The notes under the pieces were generated by a model. That model saw nothing but the letters and a program-made list of their open reading frames with translations. It was not told the DNA's origin and did no database searches. From the NCBI RefSeq assembly GCF_018350175.1, contig NC_058368.1:212042001-212106000 (forward strand): DNA of 64,000 bases. The letters are read 5' to 3'. Source of the DNA: Felis catus (Eukaryota). Numbering within the stretch: the first letter of the stretch is position 1; the number at the start of each line of letters is the position of its first letter. Below, one piece after another: positions 11,641 to 23,768 of this stretch. The position numbers were made by a program, and so were the translations under genes.

Positions 11641-13154
11641 TCTGGCCCACCATGTTCCAGGACTATTGTTGACAGTTAGTTTGCTTGAAAAAAAACTTCA
11701 TGTGACAGTTTTAATCAAATTAGATTAAAAATTTTTCCAAATAAAAGAAATAATGAATATATATTATTATTTACTCAGAAAATATAGAAAAATATAAATG
11801 AAGAAGATAATATCAATGAAGAAGTAAATCTTTTTCAAGTTATTAAAACTATTTCAAAACAATTTTAAGGATTTCTTGGAACTACTGTTGCATAGATCAA
11901 ATTTTATTTGTACATTTCTATTTTTAAAAAGATTTTTGTTATAATATAACTCTGTGTGATTATTATTCTTATGCTGCAAATTTTGCCCACATTCAAAAAT
12001 ATTAGATTAGAATCCTATCAATGAATTACTAGAAGTATTTTCTAAAAAGCAATTTATATTTCTAAAAGCAACATATAAAAGTTTCCACTTATATTCTTAC
12101 CAGCTTTGAATATATTACTCTCTTCTCTGATTATATGTACATAATGTGATCTCATGAGTTCTTGTATTATTTCTTTGAATATGAGTGTGCACATTGGTAA
12201 CCTAAGCTTTTGAGTCATTTAAACTTCTTCCTTAAGAAGACATCTCTTTGTGAAATGTCACTTGTCATTTTTCTCTTGGATCATTAGTATTTTTCTTAAT
12301 AATTCATAAAAGGCTTCATAAATAAATTTGTAATGCCTTTGTCCTGTTTGTGAAAAAAATTTTCCTGCTCTTTTTATTTTTAATATTTTTGATGCTTCTA
12401 TATTTTACATTTTTGTTGAGATGTTTGGTTTTCTTTGCAATTTCTTTCATTCCTTTTATGCTTACAAAGTATTTTCCCATCCTAGTATCAGGTCAATATT
12501 CAGCTGTTTTTTTTTTCTCGTACTTCCTTTGTGACTCACAATTAGATTTTGAAGGAGAAGGGAGATGGTGAGTATATGTATTGCTACTTCTGCCTCCTGA
12601 TGTCTGGGCAGACATCACTAATCTATCACAGCACTCTCTCAGGCTCTGCCAGGAGGCAGCCCCAGAGTATTTCTCAATGCAGATGCAGCTTTAGCCACTA
12701 CCAGTGTGGGTCAGAGTTGAAACATACGATTTTACCTTTTGACATCTCTACTGAAGAACGTTGTCTGATATTGACAATGAGGATGAGTAGTTTTAAACTC
12801 CCATGTATCCTATAAATCTTCTGTATTTGGAATAATTCAGTCTTGCTCCTAAATCAGATACAGTCTTCACATTCCTCAGTCAGAGTCACGAGCCATCTAC
12901 AGACTTCTGGCATCTTTCCACTGGACAGCCTCTGCTGGGACAGAACATCTTATTCCAATCACTGGTGCTGCCTTTCTAGCTAGCCCCAATTCTGGATCTG
13001 TCAGCACATCTGGGTGAAGATTGGGATTGCATGATCAGCCAGCAGGACCTCTCGTTGTTTCAAGACACACTGTACTGTAGAGGAAAGAAAGATAAGAAGC
13101 AGAGGGGAAACGAATTTATAACTCATAATAACAGTGATTAAAAAATAAATTGCC

Positions 13155-13370
13155 GGGGCGCCTGGGTGGCGCAGTCGGTTAAGCGTCCGACTTCAGCCAG
13201 GTCACGATCTCGCAGTCCGTGAGTTCGAGCCCCGCGTCAGGCTCTGGGCTGATGGCTCGGAGCCTGGAGCCTGTTTCCGATTCTGTGTCTCCCTCTCTCT
13301 CTGCCCCTCCCCCGTTCATGCTCTGTCTCTCTCTGTCCCGAAAATAAATTAAAAAACGTTGAAAAAAAAT
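13155..13370 (+). mobile_element. Young felid SINEC, full length
   Basis: GGGGCGCCTGGGTGGCGCAGTCGGTTAAGCGTCCG, many CpGs retained, A tail; TSD about AAATTGCC/AAAATGCC. Confidence 0.95.
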
Positions 13371-13382
13371 AAAAAAAATGCC

Positions 13383-13585
13383 ATTTATTGTATGTATGAG
13401 ACTGAGTGAAATATTCTGCAAATATCATGGATCTCATTCTCACAATGAGAACATTTTTATTATCCCAGTTTACGGGTGAGAAAACCAAGGCAGGTCAGAG
13501 CTCTTCCAAGTAGTAAAGGTAGAGCTGGAGCTGGGATTCGATCCAGATGTGCCTGACTCCCGAGCTGTTTACCATTATGCTCCAT
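13383..13585 (-). mobile_element. MIR
   Basis: TTATCCCAGTTTACGGGTGAGAAAACCAAGG...GAGCTGGGATTCGATCCAG...CTGACTCC. Confidence 0.75.
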
Positions 13586-14169
13586 CCTTCCACTGTCCGT
13601 GCTAGGGCCGGGGGCCTCCACTGCTCGAGCTTCAGGAAAATAATTAGCTTATCCTAAATGTGCAAAGTTAAAGGACCATGCAAAGAATTGCCTATCTTTC
13701 ATGGCCACGTTTGGGAATTTGTTAAAACACATCAATGGAGTTAATGATCTTATACCAATGTGGAAAACACTATATGAAGCAGAGGCTCCCACTGAAACAA
13801 ACCCCCCTGTATAATGAGGTGGAAGAGGGACCTTTCTGTCTTTTGACCCTTGCTTCCTGTACGTCAGTGGCGTCAATTGGCCTCTGGAAGACCATTGACT
13901 GATTGTAGTATATTTTCCTCTTAGTGAAAAATAATAAAATTATTGATTTTTAATCCAGCCCCTTAGAGATTAAGATAACGTCAAAATTTTATGCAAAAAG
14001 CTAAAAGGTGCACTTAAACTGTGTTTTAACCACATAGAGAAGCAAATGCAAGAGCAGGAGACAGGGAAGGAGATGGAGGAAAAAGACAGGTTCTGTGGTC
14101 ATTCCTACCTTTTACCTTTCTGTCCACCCTCCCCTTCCAAAAAAGATTAACTCTTACCAGACAGACATT

Positions 14170-14171
<2 letters not shown>

Positions 14172-14210
<39 letters not shown>
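14172..14210. repeat. (CA)n microsatellite, about 19 units
   Basis: Read directly. Confidence 0.95.
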
Positions 14211-14212
<2 letters not shown>

Positions 14213-14237
14213 CTCTAACAGACTTTACTAGCATAAT

Positions 14238-14256
14238 ATCGCCATCTTGTGGCCTT
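14238..14256 (-). promoter_or_regulatory. Candidate CTCF core / YY1 motif
   Basis: + strand ATCGCCATCTTGTGGCCTT = minus strand GGCCACAAGATGGCGAT; resembles the CTCF core CCAC(C/T)AG(A/G)(G/T)GGCG and contains YY1 AAGATGGCG. Motif match only. Confidence 0.45.
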
Positions 14257-14639
14257 ATGCACTATTAGTACAATGTCACTGATAGGCTGTTTTTGCAACT
14301 ATTGGTATAAACTGTGTCTAATCCCATTTCACCTAGAAAGATTCACACTAACGCTGTGCTAGGAGGGTTTTTTTTTTTTTTCCTAACCCTGTGTAGGTGG
14401 TAAAGGACATTGCTAAGAGTACCAGGGTGCAGGAAAGGAGACTTCTACTCTTTGACTTTTGCTTGGAGTTCAGAATTGTACATTTGCCCATAGTCATCCC
14501 CTAAATTATTGTATATTTTTAAAATGTTGAGTATTTAATAAGTGCTATTTGAAAATCTACACATTCTGTACTAGTGATTTATAAAACACACATAAACACA
14601 CAGAGAACCTTCTTGCTCTACTGTCTGAAACTAAGTGTT

Positions 14640-15485
14640 GTGTCTTCTTCAATTTCTTTCATAAGCTTTCTATAGTTTTCAGTGTATAGATTTTTCACCT
14701 CTTTGGTCAGATTTATTCCTGGTATTTTATGGGTCTTTTTGTGCAACTGTAAATGGGATTGATTCCTTGATTTCTCTTTCTGTCGCTTCATTGTTGGTGT
14801 ATAGGAATGCAACTGATTTCTGTGCATTGATTTTATATCCTGCAACTTTGCTGAATTCATGGATCAATTCTAGAAGTTTTTTGGTGGAATCTTTTGGGTT
14901 TTCCATATAGAGTATCATGTCATCTGTGAAGAGTGAAAGTTTGACCTCCTCTTGGCCGATTTGGATGTCTTTTATTTCTTTGTGTTGTCTGATTGCTAAG
15001 GCTAAGACTTCCAATACTATGTTGAATAACAGTGGCGAGAGTGGACATCCCTGTCTTGTTGCTGACCTTAGGGGAAAAGCTGTCAGTTTTTCCCCATTGA
15101 GGATGATATTAGCGTTGGGTTGTTCATATATGATTTTTATGATCTCAAGGTATGATCCTTCTTTTCCTACTTTCTTGAGGGTTTTTATCAAGAAAAGATG
15201 CTGTATTTTGTCAAATGCTTTCTCTGCATCTATTGAGAGGATCATACGGTTCTTGTCCTTTCTTTTATTGATGTGATGAATCACGTTAATTGTTTTGTGG
15301 ATATTGAACCAGCCCTGCATCCCAGGTATAAATTCCACTTGGTCGTATTGAATAATTTTTTTAATGTATTGTTGGAGCCGGTTAGCTCATATCTTGTTGA
15401 GGATTTTTGCATCCATGTTCATCAGGGAAATTGGTCTGTAGTTCTCCTTTTTAGTGGGGTCTCTGTCTGGTTTTGGAATCAAGGT
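14640..15485 (-). mobile_element. Internal L1 ORF2 reverse-transcriptase fragment with TSD and no poly(A)
   Basis: Minus-strand translation gives LIPKP...[54 protein letters not shown] (FADD altered), [10 protein letters not shown]; one stop and one frameshift. Flanks TGAAACTAAGTGTT (14626-14639) and TGAAACTAGGTGTT (15486-15499). Confidence 0.93.
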
Positions 15486-16859
15486 TGAAACTAGGTGTTA
15501 AGGATCTCACAACTGCCAGGATTGCTTCCTTTCATTTAGAGGGAAATTTGGGGAGATTAGGCCACTGGCTAACAAGCAGGATCTGTCCGACCTGCCAGTT
15601 GCCACAATCCCAGATGTTCATTTGGGCAGTGCCTCTGATTCTTCAGAGTACTTTAGAGCATGATCCCAATGGATCTCATATCTACCCATGCACTCGGTGG
15701 GCTGGAAATTATTTTCCTATTAAACTTTTTCTGATTGTGTAAGTTATGTCTGCGTAATACAACATGCGGAAACTTCATACGAGTATAAAGAATATAAAAT
15801 ATCGGTATACTCTTCAACACACAGAGCTAATATTAACATGTCTTATGTCACGTGCATCAGTTTTCCTATGCACCCATACATATATGCACATATACATGCA
15901 TGTACACACATGTGCATGTCCATGTATATGCAACCACATGCACACACATACATGTGATACATATTACTTTGTAATGGGATACTTTATGAGTGAGATCCTC
16001 ACAACTGAGAGGTTAAATGACTTGTTTAGCCATACCTAACATTCTTGGATAGTCATTTAATTCTAGAAATGCTTTCTCTTGATCCCTGTTCTAATTGGCC
16101 TTTCTTCTACTCCACGCTGTCCGAGCTCTCCGCAGGTTAGGTGGCCTTTGCCAGCCTGGGGTTTGTGAAAGAGCCTGTGATGGTCTGAAACCCTGCTAGC
16201 GTGGGCACTGTTCTACCCTCAGCAAGAAGCAGTAAGGTTTAAAGAGCAAATGGCTTGGGCAGAGAGGGTCCAGGGATGGCTGATCCCACTAAGTGCTGGC
16301 GATCAGACTGTATGAGAGGATGTGAAGGCCACCAGGCAGAAGGCTTGCGAGTCTAACGGTCATAGCTCTGTGGAGGGACAGGGGAAGAGCTGGACATTGT
16401 GGGCACTGGGAACTCACTCTCCTCACCTTGCAGCCTGTGGCTGATTGGGCCACCAAGGACCTGGAGCGTGAGCGTCTTGTCCTGCAGCAGGCAGTTCCTG
16501 GGAAGACTGGCTCTGCCCCCAGGCTTTCCTCATGGGCTCTTTTTCCCAGTCAGTGCCCTGGCTCTGCTCCTCCCCTCTCCCTTCTCTTTAGCCTGGGGAT
16601 TTTCAGCTGAAATGTATTATTTCAGTAAACATCCCAAGTGCAGTAACTTCCTCCAGCCCCAGGGAGTCCAGCGGCATACAGAGAGATGGGGCCTCCTTCT
16701 GGGGGAGGAGGATGGGGTTCAGGGCTGCCCTGGGAGGGGGGCAGGGTGTCCATGACTCATTCAGCTGCCACCTGAGCATTTCACGGACACGCCAGGTGTT
16801 TGGGCCATTTTTGTTAAATTTATTTGTTCTTTAGAAAATAAAGGGTTGCAATCTCAGAG

Positions 16860-17216
16860 CTTTCACTCAGTGCACAGATGTGTATTGATTGAGGGCCTGC
16901 ATTCTAGATGCTGAGGCTAGAGTGTGAACAGAGCAGGCAGCAGGCCCGCAGGGAGCCCACTGTTTCACGGGAAGACTGATAAAGAAACAGATAAATATGA
17001 AAAATAAACAAAAATAAATGCAAACTAGTACATACCAGAAATGGAATTAGCAACATAAAGCAACAGAGGACTAAGGGAATGATAGGATGGCCTATTTTAG
17101 GTGGAGAAGGGGTCTTCCACTCAGAATCCAGGAAAACGTGTGTTCTGAGAACAGAATGCATGAAGGCCTTGAGCACAGACAGCTTGGCTTGTTTGAAGAA
17201 TTGAAAGAAGGCTAGT
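16860..17216 (-). mobile_element. L2 fragment, host of the young L1; continues at about 18821-18900
   Basis: L2-type antisense motifs AGAACAGAATGCATGAAGGCCTTGAG...AGCTTGGCTTGTTTGAAGAATTGAAAGAAGGCTAGT|GTGGCCAGA. Confidence 0.65.
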
Positions 17217-18806
17217 ATTCTTCTCGAAACTAGAACAAGCAATCCTAAAATTCATATGGAACCACAAAAGGCCCCGAATAGCCAAAGGAATTTTGAAGAA
17301 GAAGACCAAAGCAGGAGGCATCACAATCCCAGACTTTAGCCTCTACTACAAAGCTGTCATCATCAAGACAGCATGGTATTGGCACAAAAACAGACACATA
17401 GACCAATGGAATAGAATAGAAACCCCAGAACTAGACCCACAAACGTATGGCCAACTCATCTTTGACAAAGCAGGAAAGAACATCCAATGGAAAAAAGACA
17501 GCCTCTTTAACAAATGGTGCTGGGAGAACTGGACAGCAACATGCAGAAGGTTGAAAGTAGACCACTTTCTCACACCGTTCACAAAAATAAACTCAAAATG
17601 GATAAAGGACCTAAATGTGAGACAGGAAACCATCAAAACCTTAGAGGAGAAAGCAGGAAAAGACCTCTCTGACCTCAGCCGTAGCAATCTCTTACTCGAC
17701 ACATCCCCAAAGGCAAGGGAATTAAAAGCAAAAGTGAATTACTGGGACCTTATGAAGATAAAAAGCTTCTGCACAGCAAAGGAAACAACCAACAAAACTA
17801 AAAGGCAACCAACGGAATGGGAAAAGATATTCGCAAATGACCTATCGGACAAAGGGCTAGTATCCAAAATCTATAAAGAGCTCACCAAACTCCACACCCG
17901 AAAAACAAATAACCCAGTGAAGAAATGGGCAGAAAACATGAATAGACACTTCTCTAAAGAAGACATCCGGATGGCCAACAGGCACATGAAAAGATGTTCA
18001 GTGTCGCTCCTTATCAGGGAAATACAAATCAAAACCACACTCAGGTATCACCTCACGCCAGTCAGAGTGGCCAAAATGAACAAATCAGGAGACTATAGAT
18101 GCTGGAGAGGATGTGGAGAAACGGGAACCCTCTTGCACTGTTGGTGGGAATGCAAATTGGTGCAGCCGCTCTGGAAAGCAGTGTGGAGGTTCCTGAGAAA
18201 ATTAAAAAAAGACCTACCCTATGACCCAGCAATAGCACCGCTAGGAATTTATCCAAGGGATACAGGAGTACTGATGCACAGGGCCACTTGTACCCCAATG
18301 TTCATAGCAGCACTCTCAACAATAGCCAAATTATGGAAAGAGCCTAAATGTCCATCAACTGATGAATGGATAAAGAAATTGTGGTTTATATACACAATGG
18401 AATACTACGTGGCAATGAGAAAAAATGAAATAGGGCCTTTTGTAGCAACGTGGATGGAACTGGAGAGTGTGATGCTAAGTGAAATAAGCCATACAGAGAA
18501 AGACAGATACCATATGGTTTCACTCTTATGTGGATCCTGAGAAACTTAACAGGAACCCATGGGGGAGGGGAAGGAAAAAAAAAAAAGAGGTTAGAGTGGG
18601 AGAGAGCCAAAGCATAAGAGACTCTTAAAAACTGAGAACAAACTGAGGGTTGATGGGGGGTGGGAGGGAGGAGAGGGTGGGTGATGGGTATTGAGGAGGG
18701 CACCTTTTGGGATGAGCACTGGGTGTTGTATGGAAACCAATTTGTCAATAAATTTCATATATAAAAAAAAATAAAAAAAATAAATAAATCTTAAAAAAAA
18801 AAAAAA
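17217..18806 (+). mobile_element. Young felid L1, 5'-truncated (ORF2 C-terminus, 3' UTR, poly(A))
   Basis: Uninterrupted frame to TGA at 18540 ([32 protein letters not shown] zinc knuckle); G-rich 3' UTR, AATAAA and A tail; perfect 14-bp TSD GAAAGAAGGCTAGT at 17203-17216 and 18807-18820; empty site TT|GAAA. Confidence 0.97.
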
Positions 18807-19879
18807 GAAAGAAGGCTAGTGTGGCCAGATGGACAATAAGGGAAGGAATCTGGAGTGAGAGCCAGGAGCCCCTTGAAATAAACCCTGGACTATCAGTCAA
18901 ATATCTATAATAATCCAAGGCCTTGGAATATCTGGAAAATGGAAATGCCCAGGAAACAGACCTCAGGACGATCTGTAAAGCAAATGTTTGGTTTGCTTTG
19001 GGTTTGTGCTCTCTTCAAAGAAGAGATGCTTATAGTCAGGAAACTGCTCTTAAATTTCTCCTCTGGAGAACGGATGCAAAACTGTGAAATGGCTCCAAGG
19101 AGAAAGAACAGAAGCACAAGCCTGAATAGCTGCTCTTGGATTAACTGAGAAATCATTTGGCAATGCAAGGACACATATGTGTGCCTGTCTTCCCAGGCCA
19201 GACCCCAGGCTGGACCTGACCTCAACCCAGATTTACAGGACCAGGGAAACCTTGATTCATGGCCCCCAACCCAACTCTGTCTTGCTTCCTTGTTTCATAG
19301 CCCTTTTCCTCCAGCAGGCCAGGCAGGAACTTGCTCTTCCAGGGGAGGTGAGAGAAGAGATGAATCTCTGTGGGAGCCTCTGCTAGGGGGTGGCCAGCTG
19401 ACTTGGTTAGAGCCAGGACCTTCCCCTGGAGCCAGGAGGAGCCAAAGAGCAGCTGGTGAGGATCAAGTCATGAAGGTACCATCTTGACAAACAGATTTCT
19501 GGACCCTTCCAAAGGGTGAATTCATGTGGCTTCAGAGTGCAAAGTAGAGAGTGCCAAAAAAGTGTAAAGATAAGTTTTTAGTACAGTGCTGAAGACAAAT
19601 TGATGACTTCTAGGTGGTCACCTCACAGAGACTTGGAGCTCAGCCACTGAATTTCTTTGGGAGCCCACATCTGCAATCCTCTGCCCAGACTTCCTCACAC
19701 AAGCAGGTAGTGTGAGGGAAATCAATGCACTTTCCCAGTGAAGGAGTTTCCACATTACTCCCCTGGACACTCTTTCTTGTGACCAGATTGCTGCCTTAAG
19801 CCCCTTGCTTATAGACTTTTTTGGTGACTACTGTGTACACCGAGTCTGTCTGGTGTTATTGCTCCGGCTGAGTAGTAGA

Positions 19880-20005
19880 AGGTGACCTAGATCAGGACAC
19901 AGAAGACCTGGCTTATTGGCCTGGCCCTGGCACTTCGAAGCTGTGTGATCTGGACCAAGGGACTCAGCCTCTCTAGGCTTCTATTTTGTTTCCTCAGCTC
20001 TAAAT
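19880..20005 (+). mobile_element. MIR fragment
   Basis: CAGAAGACCTGG...GCTGTGTGATCTGGACCAAG...CTCAGCCTCTCTAGGCTTC. Confidence 0.6.
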
Positions 20006-20036
20006 GAAGGAGTTCGGGATGTGTTTTCTAAGATAG

Positions 20037-20218
20037 CAGTGGTTCTCGAATTTGATTGCACACCAGAATCCCTTGTTGATAAAACACAGATTTCTGGGTG
20101 CCTGTCTTGAGTTTCTGATTCGGTAGGTCTTGAGTGGGGCCCCAGAATTTGCATTTCTAACAAGTTCCCAGGGGACACTGCCACTGCTGGTGCTGGGAGT
20201 GAGTATACTTTGAGACAT
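20037..20218 (-). mobile_element. MER5A-like (hAT-Charlie)
   Basis: CAGTGGTTCTC...GAGTTTCTGATTCGGTAGGTCT...GAATTTGCATTTCTAACAAGTTCCCAGG...ACTTTGAGA. Confidence 0.85.
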
Positions 20219-21084
20219 TCCCAAGGCGTCTTCAAGCTGAGTTATAGCTATGATTGCAACCTTCACAAGGTAGAGGCCTCCTCACTGACCTACCTGGCAA
20301 GGTCATTCCCAGTTGAAGCTCCCGTTCCTGTTTCCTTGGGGTTCTAAAAGGTGCCCAGCTCCTGATTCTGTGTTTTGGTCCATGTGGTCTACTCTCAGAT
20401 GCTTCTTCTGAGCCCCCCATCCTCCCTCCTCTAGCTTGGCAAGCTTATACACATGAGAGCTTTAAGTATTTCAGAGTTTTGAGCTCTGGAATGACAACAG
20501 AGTTTGCTATTATAAAGGTGGGGGGAGTTCTGGGTAACGAAAAATCTCACTCTTTAGGGCTGGATGAGAGGATAAGACAGGGAAGGAAGGGTGGGCTCTT
20601 CTGCCAAATGCCTTCTCTTAATGTTTGGTCTTATATAATCAGAGCAAGAGAAGCTGTGTCTAGAGAGCCAGATGACCCTGGAGAATGCACTGGAGAATGC
20701 ACTGGGAGGAGATCAGGATTGGAACTGAAAGCAGAATGCTAAAGCTAGTAGGACTTTAAAGATGATTTAACTCAATGATCTTTAAAAATTAGCGTTTCTG
20801 CCAAACCATAGCGAGGGCTGTTTCAGCGGTGCTGATTGTCCACCCCTCAAAGCTGACCATAAGCACCTTGCTCACTTAGCTAGCTTGGTTAGTCATGCTG
20901 CAGTAGGGGAGGGCTCAGCAGGGTCCCATAGCGGGGAAGTCAGGACAGGTCATTGAGAGGATTTTCAGGCCTAGGGCTGGTGATGTCAAGGCAGGTCTTG
21001 TAAGGGGGGAAGAAATGGCTGGGAGTGGGAAGGTCTTATGACATAACAGCTTTGGATTGGTGGGCACAACAAGATGAGCTTCTT

Positions 21085-21312
21085 TTTTTAAAAAAAATTT
21101 TTTTAAATGTTTATTTATTTTTGAGAGAGAGACAGAGAGACAGAGCATGAGTGGGGGAGGGGCAGAGAGAGAGGGAGACACAGAATCCGAAGCAGGCTTG
21201 AGGCTCTGAGCTGTCAGCACAGAGCCTGACACGGGGCTCGAACTCACGAACTGTGAGATCATGACCTGAGCCTAAGTCGGACGCTTAACTGACTGAGCCA
21301 CCCAGGTGCCCC
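21085..21312 (-). mobile_element. Felid SINEC
   Basis: Full length; perfect 17-bp TSD AACAAGATGAGCTTCTT at 21068-21084 and 21313-21329. Confidence 0.95.
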
Positions 21313-21518
21313 AACAAGATGAGCTTCTTGAAGTGGACCTTGATAAGCAAGCTGTGAGTTGATAGCCATGCTGTTTAGGAGAGTCATGTAGCCTTAAATC
21401 AAGGGAATTATGTTGGCCTCAGTTCTCAGGGATCAAAGGAGCAGTGAACTATGTGGGGTCCGTGTCCCCTTCTCCTCTCCTCTCAGTCAACTTAGGGCGT
21501 CTTTACATTTTTCTATTT

Positions 21519-21748
21519 CCTTTTTTTTATTTAAAAAAATTTTTTTAATGTTTATTTTTGAGAGAGACAGAGGGACAGAGCACAAGCTGGGGAGAGGCAG
21601 AGAGAGAGAGGAAGACACAGAATCAGAAGCAGGCTCCAGACTCTGAGATGTCAGCACAGACCCGGATGCGGGGCTCAAACCCACAAACCATGAGATCATG
21701 ACCTGAGCCAAAGTCAGACACTTAACCAGCTGAATCACCCAGGCGTCC
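21519..21748 (-). mobile_element. SINEC
   Basis: Full length; TSD TACATTTTCTATTT/TACAGTTTTCTATTT. Confidence 0.92.
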
Positions 21749-23249
21749 TACAGTTTTCTATTTTCTACTTTGGGTCTCTAGATCAGATTGCACTGTAGCA
21801 AGGGCTTTATGTTTTGAAAAGGGTTAAAAATCCAGAACTATATTTTAAAAATCTCCATTTAGAAAAGAATACTGAAGTCCAGAGAGGTGATGCAGTTGCC
21901 AACAGTCACACCGGTTTATAGCAGAGAAGACGTTCAGGGTCAAGTGCATGACTCACTCCAGCACCACCCTTTGCATGCCCCTGGGGCGGTCAGGAGAATA
22001 GCACCGAGCCCAGCCACAAGTCACCAGTGAAATTACTAGTGTACCCAGTAAATGTATCTTCTCTCTTAAATGACATCAGAAGGGGTCAGGCAGCTTTCCT
22101 GCATCTTCCATCATTATCACCTGAAACATGAGGTCTCCAAAATGCTGTGGAGGGAGAGAGAGGGAAGGAGGTGGCACACTGGCTCTGACAGCAGCTGAAA
22201 ATGCATATCCCCTCTGTGCACAGGCTGTTGGCCCAACCTTACCGCAAGGGAGGCTGGGAACGTAGGAAAGCACATGAAATATTCGGTGAGCACTGAGTAC
22301 CTCTGCCTGGCCCAGGATTTGAGGGTACACACATGCTCTGTCCTGTGCTGTCTTTATCTCCCAGTTTCTAGAGGAGAAAATTCAAGAGCAATGATGATAA
22401 GCAACTTGGCCAGTGTCACCTTGGTTGTAATTGATGTGGGCAGCCCTTGAATCCAGCTGTGATTTAAGATTAGCACTCTTGGTCTTCCTCTCCTGTTAGG
22501 GAAAGAGAGAGATGTGTCAGATGATGAGGACAGTGCCAGGTTGACAATGCCAGGTTGCTGTGAGGTAGGACAGCCCTATGCTCTTTGGAGGCAGAGAGGC
22601 AGGAACAGGTAGACAGGAAGTTCAAGTGTAGGAGGTTGAAAGGAAGACTGGTAAGATCTTAATGAGAACATAGGATCACAAGGACAGATAAAATGTTAGC
22701 AACCAGAGGAGATGGGATTGTGTGTCTTCCTTTTGTACAAAAGGGAGAATAAGAGAGTAATTTATAGACAGCGAATATAAGGATGAATGGAGTTAACCTT
22801 CCAAAGCCTATATACAAACTGGAGATTATGAGTATGCTCTCCCTGGCTTCTCTCTGGCTTCTGTGTTCTGCTATCCTTCCCCTCTTGCTGCTCCTGCAGC
22901 TGCCTGTTGGGAATTTCCCCTCTGCTCACAACCCTGCCCTGCCCCAGTCTAGACCAGTTGGTTATTCGAGTTCAGTCAGACCTTGGTGGTCACTGCCTGG
23001 ACTATTGTTCTTAGTGATGCTTCGGTCACCTGCCTTTGACTCACCTGCTTCTAAATCACTCCTAATGAATTCCTCTCTACCCCCTGGCTTGTTCATGGAG
23101 TAGTTCTCCCTCGATACTCTTTCTGTCCTCCCAGCTAGTCCTCATATCTGCAGAGCAAAAAGGCACTTACAGGAATCAAACTTAGTTTGATATTTGGCCT
23201 GAGAAAAAAACCAGGAAGATTCAGCCTTCTTAGGGGAGACAGGGGGGCT

Positions 23250-23455
23250 GCTTACATTCAAATCCAGCTCCACACCTACCCGACTCTGAGATTACTTAAT
23301 TTCTGGGCCTCACTCATTCTTCATCTGTGAAATGGGGATAGCAGAAATTTCTACCTCCTCCGGCATTTCTGAGCATTACTATTTGTTAATAGATGTAAAA
23401 CGCTTGGAACAGTCATAAGAATGGTGTAACTGCTAGCCATCATTATTATTGTTAC
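23250..23455 (+). mobile_element. MIR
   Basis: TTCAAATCCAGCTCCAC...TCATCTGTGAAATGGGGATA...ATGTAAAACGCTTGGAACAGT. Confidence 0.7.
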
Positions 23456-23562
23456 TAAGCACACAAATACACTATACAGGGTCAGTAGTGGCAGTGGTTT
23501 TGTTTTGTTTTGTTTTGTTTTGTTTTGTCCAGTGTGATCATCTATGCCCTGCTTTGCTATAT

Positions 23563-23565
<3 letters not shown>

Positions 23566-23643
<78 letters not shown>

Positions 23644-23768
23644 CTCAAGTAGGGTCTGTGCCCAGTGCAGAGCCTGATGCAGGGTTCAATTTTATGAACC
23701 GTGAGATCATGACCTGAGCCGAAATCAAGAGTCAGATGCTTAACCGACTGAGCCACCCAGGTGCCCCC
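23566..23768 (-). mobile_element. SINEC with about 40-nt poly(T) and long (GA)n
   Basis: Perfect 16-bp TSD TGCTTTGCTATATTCT at 23550-23565 and 23769-23784. Confidence 0.93.

Noticed and set aside
13155..13240. tRNA gene
   Set aside because: The A/B boxes belong to the tRNA-derived SINE head, followed by the SINE body, (CT)n, A tail and TSD.
14727..15338. 203-aa RT ORF as a domesticated or retron-like reverse transcriptase
   Set aside because: Plain L1 ORF2 fragment with an upstream stop, a downstream frameshift and FADD changed to FTDD.
17293..18540. 415-aa ORF as a host gene
   Set aside because: It is the L1 ORF2 C-terminus, with no promoter, endonuclease or RT core, and the track start is not an ATG.
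18654..18690. G-quadruplex-forming tract
   Set aside because: Real motif but a standard part of the L1 3' UTR; not specific to this locus.
20678..20705. 12-bp tandem CTGGAGAATGCA, two copies
   Set aside because: Trivial slippage duplication; similar small ones occur at about 12036-12072 and 46534-46569.
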